DNA of 64,000 nucleotides, from positions 68,262,001-68,326,000 of the forward strand of contig OX597827.1 in assembly GCA_951406725.2 (NCBI GenBank), read 5' to 3'. The notes beneath the pieces were generated by a model. It was not told where the DNA came from and made no database searches. It worked only from the letters and a program-made list of their open reading frames with translations. The translations under genes and the position numbers were made by a program. Shown piece after piece: positions 1-11,861 of the stretch. Each line of letters begins with the position of its first letter. The first letter of the stretch is position 1. This DNA is from Octopus vulgaris (Eukaryota).

Positions 1-26
1 TGAAATGGCGTCCTCTGTGTTAATAT

Positions 27-240
27 TCTTTACTGCACTAGGCACAAGGTTCGAAATTTTGGGGGAGGGGGCGAGTCGACTAGATCGACCCAGTACGCAA
101 CTGGTACTTAATTTATCGACCAAAGAAGTATGAAAGGCAAAGTCGACCTCGGCGAAATTTGAACTCAGAACGTAAAGACGGCCGAAATGTCGCTGAACAT
201 TTTTCCTGGCGTGCTAACGATTCTGCCAGCTCGCTTCCTT
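27..240 (-). mobile_element. SINE group A (tRNA-like head, Nin/Deu-like core), older tail type
   Basis: Reverse complement reads gcgagctggcagaatcgttagcacgcc...gttctgagttcaaattt...gtcgactttgcctttcat...gtcgataaattaagtaccag; matches more than 10 other copies in the window. Confidence 0.85.
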
Positions 241-438
241 AATAATAATAATTATTATGATAATAATAATAGTAATCCTTTCTGAAATTTTGGGGGAGTT
301 AGTAAGTCGATTAGTAGTGTGTTGATGTGTTGAGTAGAACACTGGCACAGTTTGGGCTACCTGGTGTCATCCGTAGGTAGAACACATTTCCGTTGGATCT
401 ACCTCAAGAACTCCGCAGTATTAGCTGTGATAATGTTG

Positions 439-604
439 ATTGATTAAGCAACCAGAAGATGGATTTGGTATTGATCTTCATTTTGTATAACAATCGTTTC
501 GACCCATCCTTCTGCTGTCCGTTATGGTTGGGACATGGGTCGAAACGATCAGTGTTACAAACTAAAGATTAATACGAAATCCAGCTTTTGGTTACTTAAT
601 CAAT
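439..604. repeat. Imperfect inverted repeat, arms about 70 bp (439-507 / 535-604), probably Penelope-like terminal sequence
   Basis: attgattaagcaaccagaag...cgtttcgacccat is the reverse complement, with mismatches, of atgggtcgaaacgatc...ggttacttaatcaat; both arms carry CGAAACGAT. Confidence 0.75.
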
Positions 605-609
605 TATCA

Positions 610-993
610 GTGGAGGCGCAATGGCCCAGTGGTTAGGGCAGCGGACTCGCGGTCATAGGATCGCGGTTTCGATTCCCAGACCGGGCGTTGTGAGTGTTTA
701 TTGAGCGAAAACACCTAAAGCTCCACGAGGCTCCGGCAGGGGATGGTGGTGATCTCTGCTGTACTCTTTCACCACAACTTTCTCTCACTCTTTCTTCCTG
801 TTTCTAGTATACCTGTATTTCAAAGGGCCGGCCCTGTTACTCTCTGTGTTACGCTGAATATCCCCGAGAACTACGTTAAGGGTACACGTGTCTGTGGAGT
901 GCTCAGCCACTTACACGTTAATTTCACGAGCAGGCTGTTCCGTTGATTCGGATCAACCAGAACCCTCATCGTCGTAACCGACGGAGTGCTTCC
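610..993 (+). mobile_element. SINE group C, head H1 + tail T1, full length
   Basis: tRNA-like A/B boxes (tggcccagtgg; gtttcgattcc); 12-bp TSD aatcaattatca at 598-609 and 994-1005; near-identical copies at 14673 and 15262, diverged copy at 20045. Confidence 0.92.
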
Positions 994-1594
994 AATCAAT
1001 TATCATTATATGTATGTATGTATAACCGGTTTCACTGGTGTCGAAGCAATTGGAGGAAATATAATTTTGTGTCGTATTAAACAAAAGAAACTGATATTGT
1101 TGCTTGAGAAGAGCCAAGTTTCTGAGAAACGGAATTCACATCTCAAGTTTCGATTCCAGCTTCGAGTCGTGTAAATTACACGTTCTTATAAATATCCTTT
1201 CGTTCAAATTCATGATATTATAACTCAGATAGAGAGCAGTTTTTATTGTTATGTATTATTCTATCAGCTGAAATAGAAATTATTTAAAATAATATACTCA
1301 ATAATGCGCATATCTGAGGTTTTTTATTTTATCTAGCACGGCAACCTGCTTTTTGCGATCAAGAGATTCCATTCCTTGTCAGCAGCTGTGAACATTTGTG
1401 TTATTTCTCTTAAAGCATCTTCTCATGTAACTCGCAGAGAACTACAGAAACGAAATACTGAAAAAAAAAATACAAAAAAGAAAAAAATATAGATATAAAA
1501 ATAAATATACAATATGGGAAAAAAAAACAAAAAAAAACACAGCAGAGGAAATGATGAGAAGAATCTGAACGAGAGAAACAGGAGGTAGAAGGGC

Positions 1595-1646
1595 GGTAGG
1601 GGTGCAACGAACAGGGGGTAGGGGTGCAACGAACAGGGGGGTAGGG
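1595..1646 (+). repeat. G-rich 22-bp tandem repeat (ggtaggggtgcaacgaacaggg, about 2.4 copies)
   Basis: Direct reading of the sequence; contains several runs of 3 or more G. Confidence 0.8.
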
Positions 1647-1708
1647 ATTGAGACTGAACGAAAGAAATGCAGACGAACAAAACAAGACAAAAATACAACA
1701 ATAATGGC

Positions 1709-1742
<34 letters not shown>

Positions 1743-2519
1743 GACAAATAAATAAATAAAAAATTGCCCATTTCTAAAGATAGAGACGAGTTTACAGACG
1801 GGTGGTATTCTAGTCGTGCTGCAACGAAATGTGCGCTGCATAACCTTTGCAGAGTGCAGTACAACCCAGTTCCTTATGATGCTGTAGGCTTCGAAGAGAA
1901 GAGAAGAGAAAAGCAAAAAAAAAAAAAAAAAAGAAATCGTTTTAGTCTAGCAACCACCAGACTTAATGTTTAAGTGTCTCAAAAATCTTGGTTTATCTTC
2001 TGTTTTAACCGCGCAAAATGTGACGGATCTTTTCTGCATCGACTCACGGGCATGTGCACGTGTATGCACGTTTGAATGCATGTATGTATGGTGTGGGTTT
2101 TTTTTTTGCATAAATACGGGGGAGGAAGGTTGCGGCGGGGTTGGGGATTGGGGGTCAGAGTCTCTAGGTACGATGGCGTTGGGGGTGGAAGGGAAGAGAG
2201 AGAATTTTTTGTTTGTATAAAGTTCAAAGATATTTTAAACATATTTGTTACACTCCGTAGAAATTCGGGTCTATGAACCTTTTGCACGACTACATACAGA
2301 GATATGCGTTTAAACTTGACACGTGTGTGTATGTGTGCGTGCATGCATACATACACACACACAACACATACATACACACATACAATACATACATACAAAC
2401 ATACATATGATTCTTTTCAGGATCGGTAAATCTTGGAGCTCTTCGAAAAGAAAAGCCAAAGACTGCCAGTGAGACACGTCACACATCTCCTGTAAGCACG
2501 ACAGGTATTCTATCATTAT

Positions 2520-3020
2520 ATAAAATAAGTACCAGTTGAGTACTGGGGTTGATTTAATCAATTTACCCCACCCCCCGAAATTGCCGGCTTTGTGCCAGAA
2601 TTTGAAACCGTTATTTATTATCGTTATTGTTGTTGTTTCTAATCTTGCAAGTTTGAGAAGTGTGCGGGTCAATTAAATCAACCTCAGTACATGACTGGTA
2701 CTGTCGATAAAGTACAGCATCCTCAAGCACTGGGTCGATGTAATCGACTTCCCCGCCCCTCAAAATTGTTGGCCCTGATCCAAAAATTCAGGCAATTTTT
2801 ATTAAGTGGACAATAGATTGGCAGAATCGCAGGAACGTCATAGCAAATGATTTGTGCTATGTCTTTCGCCTTTTTACGTTCTGAGTTCGAATCACGCGAA
2901 AGTTCCCTCTTACGTTTTGCAGTTCATGCTTTCGTGCTCGATGAAATAAAAGTAGTGGAGCTGATATGATCGACTTACCCACCTCTACAAAATGTCCGGC
3001 CTTGCACATATATATGAAAT
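2520..3020 (+). mobile_element. Cluster of diverged group A SINE fragments
   Basis: Repeated aagtaccag...ctggggtcgat...atcgact...aaattgc(t/c)ggc(c/t)ttgtgcc motifs at about 2525, 2703 and 2815-3010. Confidence 0.7.
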
Positions 3021-3520
3021 AATTATTATATTTAGGCTTTTAAGACTGTACGATGTGGGTTGAAAAAGATTTTGCTGCTGTAATAGGCAGGTCAAAGCCT
3101 AATTCCTTGTTGTAAAGTAAAGGTAAGAAATGAGATGATCGGTTGGCCGCTAGTACAACAAAGCATGAAACGAAACCAAAGAGGGTCTCGTGGTCTCTAT
3201 ACGTTGACTCTTAGTGTCAGCCAGGTCAACCTCATACCGCTTCTAGGGTTTTAAAATTACATCATCATAGTGGCGTGATGTGGGGGGGGGCGATGTATTC
3301 CCAACTGAATACCTCAGTAACAGCATAATAAAACTAATTTGGTCTCCGTTACGTCACAGAAATGACTGGACCTTCTGTGAACTTAGGAAACATTATGATC
3401 ATTACAATTCAGCCATCCTCCAACGAGTACTTGAAAGAGAAGCAGCGATCTGTTTCTGAAGTGCAGCAACAGCAGACATTTCAAACTATATATCTTCCAC
3501 CAATGTGTTTACAGCGAATG

Positions 3521-3736
3521 TACTCTTTTACTTGTTTCAGTCATATGACCGTGGCCATGCTGGAGCACCGCCTTTCATCGAGCAACTCGACCCCGGGACT
3601 TATTCTTTTGTAAGCCCAGTACTTATTCTATCGGTTTCTTTTGCCGAACCGCTAAGTAACGGAGACATAAACACACCAGCATCGGTTGTCAAGCAATGCT
3701 AGGGGGACAAACACAGACACACAAACACACACACGC

Positions 3737-3799
<63 letters not shown>

Positions 3800-3970
3800 T
3801 ATATACGACGAACTTCTTTCAGTTTCCGTCTACCAAATCCACTCACAAGGCTTTGGTCGGCCCGAGGGTATAGTAGAAAACACTTGCCCAAGGTGCCACG
3901 CAGTGGGACTGAACCCGGAACCGTGTGGTTGGTAAACAAGCTACTTACCACACAGCCACTCCTGCGCCTA
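3521..3970 (-). mobile_element. SINE group B, full length, internal (TA)n/(CA)n
   Basis: Head taggcgcaggagtggctgtgtggtaag, CORE-like ccttgggcaag, tail gaaacaagtaaaaga; many copies in the window. Confidence 0.92.
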
Positions 3971-4237
3971 TGTACAAGAGATTGATTGATCGCACGCGAA
4001 CCCAAGACATTGGACTTTCACCATAAATAGACTCAATGCAATGATGTTGTTCAGCGTCGTAGGCAGCTTGGATGGTTTATATTTAGCGTAATTTGCTACT
4101 TTGTTTTCTGTTAGCTGATGGATCACGTCAGCATTACACACCTTTTAAACACGACAAATACGTACTCAATTGGTTTCAAGAATAGGTCTCTTTTCTTACA
4201 GACATATATGCATCTATCTATCTATCTATCTATTATT

Positions 4238-4521
4238 GACCGAGGTTACTGTGGTCTTTTCCGTAGGCTTTTCTTTCCGCGGATAAACTTCATGTTTCCC
4301 CCTTTACACTTTATATCATGACATTTCTGTGATACACGATCCCTATTGATCCATTTTTTCTCTCCCCCACCTTTTTTCCCTCTTTCTCTTTCCTTTTCTT
4401 TCCTTTTTACGATCTCTTTCGATCGAAAACCTACTCCCCTTTTTTTCTCCCCAAAAAGAAAAGCTCTACCTTGTAATGTGTCCCGTCTGTGTGCAGCCCT
4501 GTGTGGCTAATAAAGAAACAT
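4238..4521 (+). mobile_element. 3' end of a probable non-LTR retrotransposon embedded in (TATC)n
   Basis: Second copy at 63152-63335 (minus); ends in tgtcccgtctgtgtgcagccctgtgtggctaataaagaaa, similar to the tail of young group A SINEs. Confidence 0.6.
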
Positions 4522-4738
4522 ATCTATCTATCTATCTATCTTTCTGTCTATTTATCTATCTATCTATCTATCCACCTATCTATCTATCTATCTATCTATA
4601 TATATATATATATATATATCTACCTATCTATCTATCTATCTATCTACTTACCTACCTATTTATCTATCTATCTATCTATCTACTTACCTACCTATTTATC
4701 TATCTATATATCTATCTATCTATCTATCTATCTATCTG
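4521..4738. repeat. (TATC)n compound microsatellite
   Basis: Direct reading. Confidence 0.95.
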
Positions 4739-5415
4739 TATATGCAAGGTATTTTGGTCAGCAACTGAGGTTTATTTCTACTAAATGTAGATTTGATATA
4801 TTGAAAGGTTAACGCCAAAAAGCTAGGAGAATATATAAAATGCCCCCTCCTTATTTTAGCGGTAACTTTCTCTTATAAGCTTTCCACCTAAAAAAAAAAA
4901 AAAAATTGAAAGAAAGAAAGAAAGAAAGAAAAGATAGGCTGCTGCAAATTAGTCTACGCAAAATCAGTGGCTGTAATAGGAATCTGCAATGCACTGAAAT
5001 TGAAGTCGTTGCATATTCATCAAGGTTGTCTTATATATAAAGACACTGCAAGCTATTTCACTGTCTGAGTGAGAGAGAAAAAAATCTCAGGCCTCGTCAT
5101 GTGGCTTTTTGACAAAAATAGCGTAAGAAAGAGAGAAGGGAAAGAAGAAAGGAAGAAAGAAGGCGAGAGAGAAATGGAAGGAAAGAAGGAAATGAAAATA
5201 CATAAACTTGCTGAAACTTTCCGTTTTCTGTTTTTTTATTGCGAATGATTTTTAGAACCTTTTAAGAGTTTTGGAACATCAAGGACACATTGGCTAGACG
5301 GGAAAGCTTTACGAGGATACAAAAAGAAGTAAAGAAACGACGACGTAAGTATCATAAAAAGAGAAACTATGACACTAGCTTATCAACATACATGAGTGTG
5401 TATTGTGTATGTAAA

Positions 5416-5449
<34 letters not shown>

Positions 5450-5847
5450 TATAAACTAAACACTGGGACAAAAACATATCTACATACATATTCAAAGCTT
5501 TATACGCATTAACAAGTAAGTGTGTATTGATAGATACGGTTTTACTAGCCATTTTGAAATATGCACTTGTGAGTCAGAGTTTCACGACGATGTGACCTTC
5601 AGACAACTTTGTGTTGTCTGGGCATCGCCCCGACGTGAAAACCTATTTATTTATTGGATGTTGTGTGTGTGTGTGTGTGTGTAACTGTCTTGCTTTTTTT
5701 TTTTTTTCTTGTTTTAAGAAATGATTTTTCTGTATGTTTGTACTGCTTTTTTTTTATTTTACATAATCGCATATGAACCAATGAATAAACATGCCCTCGC
5801 TCAGAGATAAACACACACGCACATAGGCACACACAAACTCACGTGAA

Positions 5848-6203
5848 TAGGCGCAGTGTGGCCGAATGGGTAAAGAAATTCGTTACGTAATCACAAGTTG
5901 AGAAGCTCGTTCAAAGAGTATAATTTTGAGCAAATATTTTCAATAGACTCAGGTAGTCCCATAGTCTGTGAGTGAAATTGTATTGACGGAAACTGCATAG
6001 AATCCCGGTCAGCTAGATAGCACTTCTAATCCAATGGGATAAGTCTTGTAACGCACGGTGTCACTCTGATTAAAATTGATAATTGCGAGAGGGGCACACG
6101 CTCCAACTGAGTGTCGCTTCACCGCTTTGCACGCTTGTTAAAATGAGCAAGTAATATATTTGATCGGACAACTGAATTCTCGTCGAAACCGACGAGGAAC
6201 CAA
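5848..6203 (+). mobile_element. Old chimeric SINE: group B-like head with T1-like tail
   Basis: taggcgcagtgtggccg...gacggaaactg (B-like) followed by gtcttgtaac...ggggcacacg...ctcgtcgaaaccgacg (T1-like); strongly diverged. Confidence 0.55.
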
Positions 6204-6321
6204 CCTCTCTCTCTGTGTCTCTCTCACCCTCTCTCTCTCACACACACACACGCACACGTATGAATGTATTTATATCTTTTTCGAATGGTGAATCTGGAAA
6301 TAGTGTGTCTATATATATATT

Positions 6322-6512
6322 GGTAACGTCATTAGAAATACAAATTCGAAAGAACTGAAATTAAATAATTCTGCTGTGGAACGTCGTATCTAGAATCAAA
6401 TAACACTTCTAATAATTTATAAATATTAGATAAAAAATACCTTCGGGATTCAATGATCCAAGTAAAAAGAACTATATCCCGTTCTCTCGAAGTTTCTAAA
6501 TTCTTATGACGT

Positions 6513-6516
<4 letters not shown>
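6322..6516. mobile_element. Short element with imperfect terminal inverted repeats inside (TA)n
   Basis: ggtaacgtcattagaaatacaaattcgaaagaac versus reverse complement of gttctctcgaagtttctaaattcttatgacgtcaac; related sequence at 6547-6578 and 19560-19612. Confidence 0.5.
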
Positions 6517-6546
<30 letters not shown>

Positions 6547-6575
6547 CATTTAGATAAAAATACCCTTTGGAGAGA

Positions 6576-6606
<31 letters not shown>

Positions 6607-7741
6607 TACGTACATACATGTTTGTGTGTGCAATGAAAATATAAATTTCCTTTCTTACAAACTAACATTTAATGATGCACCTCAATATCTTATAAAACTC
6701 ATTTAAATCGATCTCAGAGAATAAAATAAGAAAAAAAGATAGGGTAAAATATAGTACTAAGATAGAGTTTTTCGACTAAACCCTTACAGGTTGTGCCCCA
6801 GTATGGTCGCAGTCCAATGACTGATACAAGCAAAGGATGCAAGATATATGTAGGATGTATAAACGACTGAAATGTAATGTGTATCTGAATAATCCTTGGA
6901 GAATTGTTTTTTGATGATGTAGAAGATACAATTCTTAACGCGAGAAGATTTCTGATGCCGACTTCTGACTCATCTGGGATTTACGAGTTTATCTCTATGC
7001 ATGTAAATAGATCATCGGTACGCACGCGTACGCTTACATATGTAAGCACCCTCATACTCTCACACATATATTCATTTACAGCAACAATCGTATCCAAAAA
7101 TAATAACATTAAAATGTCGCAGTTATAGGGGAAATTCCATAGTTTTCTGGTTGTACTTCCTAGAATAGAAACGTTATATTCTCTAGAATACAAAAAAGAG
7201 ATAGATAGAGGGAGTGTAGCAAAGGATGCCATCATTTATATTTTTGGTTAATTCTTGATCTGAAGTATCTAAATTTGGCATACACGCAGTAAAGTAGGCC
7301 AACGCAAAATACTGGCAGTGTCTGTTGAAATTGTGGAAGATGTAGACAGATTGTGACAAATTGCTTCTAAAATTGGTTACAATCAGAATAGAAAAGTATC
7401 CATCATTACAACTGAAATAAACAGGTTTATTTATTGTCATTCTAATCTGTTTTCTTAGCTTACACAATCGTTCTCTCTCGAAGATACAGAAGTAGCTTGA
7501 TATACATATACACAAGAGAGTTTATTGCGTTTAGAATATTAACTACGTAGCATAATTCTTTTTGATATTAAGAACAGCTCTGCAAACACCTAGTATCCAG
7601 ATTGGAAGCTCCTGAAAATAGATGTTGTGTTGTTCATGCATTTTCCGAGAGCCCTTCCTGGAGAATCATTTAACATTACTTCTAGAGGAAACTGAAACGT
7701 CATTGTAGACTGGATTTATATATATATATATATATATACAT

Positions 7742-7913
7742 TTTTTCATTTTTTCTCCTTGTTTCTCTCCTTGTTTTTTTCTGTGTCCCTTTCTGTTGAA
7801 GAGCGTAGGCTCGAAACATAAAAGACTTTTTTCTATTCCTGAGCGTTATACTAATACATCTGTTTGTTTTTATACACCACCTGTCTTCATCTTTTGTTTT
7901 TTTCGTAAACTCT

Positions 7914-7918
<5 letters not shown>
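7742..7918 (+). mobile_element. Penelope-like terminal fragment with degenerate type I hammerhead motif, inserted in (TA)n
   Basis: cttt-CTGTTGA-a-gagc-gtag-gctc-GAAAC-ata-aaag at 7789-7824; second copy at 44380-44562. Confidence 0.6.
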
Positions 7919-7969
<51 letters not shown>

Positions 7970-7975
7970 ATTGAG

Positions 7976-8101
7976 AGATAGTAGGCCCCTTCATCCCACC
8001 ATATAAAAGAATTTTAATTTAAATACTTACTACTTACTTATATGTAGTAAGTATTTAAATTAAAATTCTCTTATATGGTGGGATGAAGAGGCCTACTATC
8101 T
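7976..8101. repeat. Near-perfect palindrome, 58-bp arms, 10-nt loop
   Basis: 7976-8033 is the reverse complement of 8044-8101 with 2 mismatches. Confidence 0.95.
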
Positions 8102-8198
8102 TTAAATAATAATATATATTTCCTCATTGAGAATAATTTGAACCCCTGTGATGCCGGAATTTTTATTCTCTAACAAATAAAATTAAATATATATATAT

Positions 8199-8482
8199 GG
8201 AGGTGCAATGGCCCAGTGATCGGAGGATCGCGGTTTCGATTCTCAGACAGGGTGTTGTGTTTGTTTATTGAGCGAAAACACGTAAAAGCTCCCCGAGGCT
8301 CCGGCAGAAGGTGGTGGTGATCCCTGTTGTACTCTTTCGCCCCAACATTCTCTCACTCTTTCTTCCTGTTTCTTGAGTAACGCTGCGATGGATTGGCGTC
8401 CCGTCCAGCTGGGGGGGGGGGCACATACGCCACAGAAACCGGGAAACCGGGCCCATGAGCCTGGCTAGGCTTGAAAAGGGCA
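8199..8482 (+). mobile_element. SINE group C, head H1 (short internal deletion) + tail T2 (Meta-domain-like)
   Basis: H1 head then aacgctgcgatggattggcgtcccgtccag...gaaaccgggaaaccgggcccatgagcc; intact relative at 40538. Confidence 0.88.
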
Positions 8483-8507
8483 AAAAAAAAATATATATAT
8501 ATATATA

Positions 8508-8760
8508 TTACTTGTTTCAGTCACTTGGCTGCGGCCATGCTGGGGCACTGCCTCGAAAAATCTTCAGTCAAATGAATCGACCCCAGTAATTATTATTACT
8601 ATTTTTGTACAGCCTGGTACTTATTCTATCAGTCTCTTTTACCGAACAGCTAAATTACGGGGACATAAACGCAGCACCAACACCGGTTGTCAAGCAGTGG
8701 CGGGGAACAAGCAGACACACACACAAGCACGCACAGACACGCGTACACACACACACATAC
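8508..8760 (-). mobile_element. SINE group B, 3' half
   Basis: ttacttgtttcagtca...gcggccatgctgg...cggttgtcaagc. Confidence 0.8.
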
Positions 8761-8794
8761 ATATATATATACATATATGTACATACATATAAAT

Positions 8795-10275
8795 ATATGA
8801 GTTCAGCCAATATTTAGATTGAGATGAATATGGTACTTAAGGTGAGGCACCAGAATTTAGTACGGTATTATCCATACAATTTCAAAATAAGGTGATTAGA
8901 ATCAAAATAAGCAACAAGGATATCCAGAGGTAATGCAGTACGATCGTTTCACGCAACTCCACTTAATTGAACAATGCAACCATTACATCAATTTAAATGC
9001 AGAGCAATCCTAAGCTGCATAAAGACATAGAATTTAATTAAATTAAAACAGATGGACACATTAGTATAATTTTACCTAAAATCTCACAAGAAGTTAGGGA
9101 GATAGACAAAGAACATGCTGCCTTCACTTCCACTTAGAAGCTACTAAGGTATCATGAAGAAAGACTTGTTACAGATTTTGCTTGTCACTGTTTTATGGGG
9201 TCAGTTTTAATTTATAGACTAGTTTTATCAAATCCTTGTATATCTAAGGCTGAGAGAACAGGGGCAGTGTCTGTTAGGGATAGGGCTGAGGGAGTCGACA
9301 GAAATCCTAGTGGGTATAGTCATAAAAATCAAGATTTATTTGAAGCAATATCATGAGATTTGGTAAAGGAAAACTTAAATCAAGATGTTGGCTGATAATT
9401 AAGGGGGTTGGCCAATAGCAGACCATTGGTAATGAAACAGGGGAAATCTTAACATGTAGTACTATAGTTAAATATTTTAAGCAATACTGCTATACTGTAT
9501 AAAGTTAAAGTTTAGAGTTATTCAGAGGATTATTAAGAAGAAGAATTGTAACAAAAGGATAAAATGTTTTATGAATACTTTTGAGTACATACCAAACTTT
9601 TATCACAATAGAGGGAGCAAAAGAAATTATCCAGAAATAGACTAATATTTATACATATTATAAACTTAAATACTAACTTATCAGATGGTACCTGTGAATA
9701 TTTATCAATTGGTATATACAGGTATTTAATAAAGGAGTAATGAGGTAAAAGAACATTCTAACTATATATTAATTTAATTATAATCTAAGCAGTTTATTTT
9801 AAGTAGTGAATATACCAGTATTGTTATATATAAGCTAAGTATGAATTTATAAAGGTACAAAAATTTGGTTGATTTTATAAATAAATAAAGGCTATTATAA
9901 AATAATAAAGAAATAAAATAATCAGGTAGGGCAGAACACCATAGAAAAGGAATAAAATAGCTTAATCACTTAAAAACATGATAAAGTATATGTAGTTTAT
10001 TAACCACAATAGAGAAGATTTATAGAAAATGTATAATTCAAAATATACTAAACCAAAAATTATATATTTACTTATTTAGGTAGTATCAATAAAGACTGAT
10101 ACCTGGTATTAGCTAAGGGTATATTTATGTAATGGGATATTCAAATTTTACACTAATTTTTCAAAACTAAGGGTTATATAACAGGTTTTAGAAGATATTA
10201 TTGTTACTACATACACGATATTTATAGTTTCTTAGTGGTATTTAATTAGAAGGGCTACTTATATAAAGGCCCTTA
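8795..10275 (-). mobile_element. About 1.5-kb non-coding Penelope-like (hammerhead-bearing) element flanked by (TA)n
   Basis: Compositionally distinct block (C-poor on +) bounded by TA-rich repeats; hammerhead fold at 8933-9020 lies about 135 nt from its minus-strand 3' end; no ORF. Confidence 0.55.
8933..9020 (-). ncRNA. Type I hammerhead ribozyme motif with one core mutation (G5>U) and a long helix II
   Basis: Minus strand: atgcag-CTTAGGA-[57-nt hairpin]-GAAAC-gatc-GTA-ctgcat; 6-bp helix I; palindromic helix III acgatcgt. Confidence 0.7.
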
Positions 10276-10349
10276 TAAATACACACCTATATATATACAT
10301 AGATATACATACATATATATACATATATTAATTACATATATATATACAC

Positions 10350-10382
<33 letters not shown>

Positions 10383-10386
10383 CATG

Positions 10387-10420
<34 letters not shown>

Positions 10421-10827
10421 ACACTAACATATACAAATTTACGATCAAACACACAAATACACGCACAAACGCGCATAGACGCACAAACTTACATATTACT
10501 TATATATTATATACACACAGCGCCGCCTAAAATGTATCTGCAGTTTTTGAACATAGAGGTCGCCTCAGAAGTTCAGTGACCCGTATACAGAGTAAACACC
10601 ATGAAATTTACTTAATGTTTGGTGAGATTTCCCTGTTGCTTTATAACAGCTAATATCCATCGGGGATTCGAATTATAAAAAGATTTAATATATTCTGGGG
10701 GTGAGAGAAATCCATATGACACGGAAAGCAGCAAGCAAATTGTCGAAAGTCTTTTGGAAGAAAACGTGATTAACGAAAAAAAACGTCGGCAAATTCGAAA
10801 AACAGAAAGGGTTGGCGGGAAATGTGC

Positions 10828-10858
<31 letters not shown>

Positions 10859-11553
10859 GTGTGAGAAGGAACGAAATACATATTAGAAGTTGCCAGACTG
10901 AAACCGCGTTAGCAAGTGATGTAGCTAGTGTGTCTGTGTGTTACCGAGGCACTCTTGGGTTTGTGTCGCTTTCCTTCACGCGTCACGCTCACTATACAGG
11001 CTTATAAAGCACACCCAAAAGCACTGCCCTTATAGAAGACTCGCGCGGGGTGAACCACCTCGAGCACTCTCTAGCTACACTAATGCATCTTATGAAGAGA
11101 GAGAGAAAGAGAGAGATGGAGGGCGAGAGAGAAATCGAGGAAGAAAATACGAAGCATTCATTAATGTCTGTGTTCGAGGTGGCTCTTTGAGCAAGGATAA
11201 AATATACCTCTGTACCTTCGAGTGAAATCCGAACAGTGGCGGAAAACGAAGTTCACTTAGTGTCCTGGTGAATTAAAATTTCTGTCTTCGTATCTGGAGA
11301 TTGTTCGAGCATTACGAGGAACATTGAAGTAACTGTGCTAGCGTTCACAAGCAAAATCTTTCAATTTCATTTCATTCATGCATCAAGGTTGTTAGAATTT
11401 CCATTGTTTGAGGTCGAATGAAATAGGCCGATTGCTTAGAATTATATCTCTCTGACGAGTATGAGTGTATTCAACAGAACTCTTATAGCGAGACAAGCGT
11501 AACATATAAGCGGAAGCATTTAAAGATGCTGCGAAAAATGTTAATTAAAGCCA

Positions 11554-11861
11554 GTGAAGGAGCGTGGCTTGGTGGACAGGGTATTCGGCTCACAGTCGTA
11601 AGGTCGTGAGTTCCATTCCCGGTTGCGCAACATGTTTTATTTCACATTGTTCGACCCCACTCACCAGGCAAAAATATGTTGTACCTGTAATTCAAAGGGG
11701 ACAGCCATGTCGCATTCTGTCACGCCAAATCGCCCTGAGAACTACGTTAAGGTTACACATGTCTGTGGAGTACTCAGCCACTTTCACGTTAATTTTCATG
11801 AGCAGGCTGTTCCGTGGATCGGGTCATTTAGAAGACACGTCGTCGTAACCGACGCAGTTGC
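11554..11861 (+). mobile_element. SINE group C, head H2 + tail T1, diverged
   Basis: gcgtggcttggtggacagggt head (as at 14475 and 19203) joined to gtacctgtaattcaaaggg...gagaactacgttaagg...cgtcgtaaccgacg. Confidence 0.8.

Noticed and set aside
612-685. tRNA-like sequences at SINE heads
   Set aside because: A and B boxes are present but they run directly into SINE bodies; not counted as tRNA genes
1410-1916. 168-aa hydrophobic minus-strand ORF
   Set aside because: Derived from poly-A, (AAT)n and a 22-bp tandem repeat; overlapping ORFs occur in all three minus-strand frames
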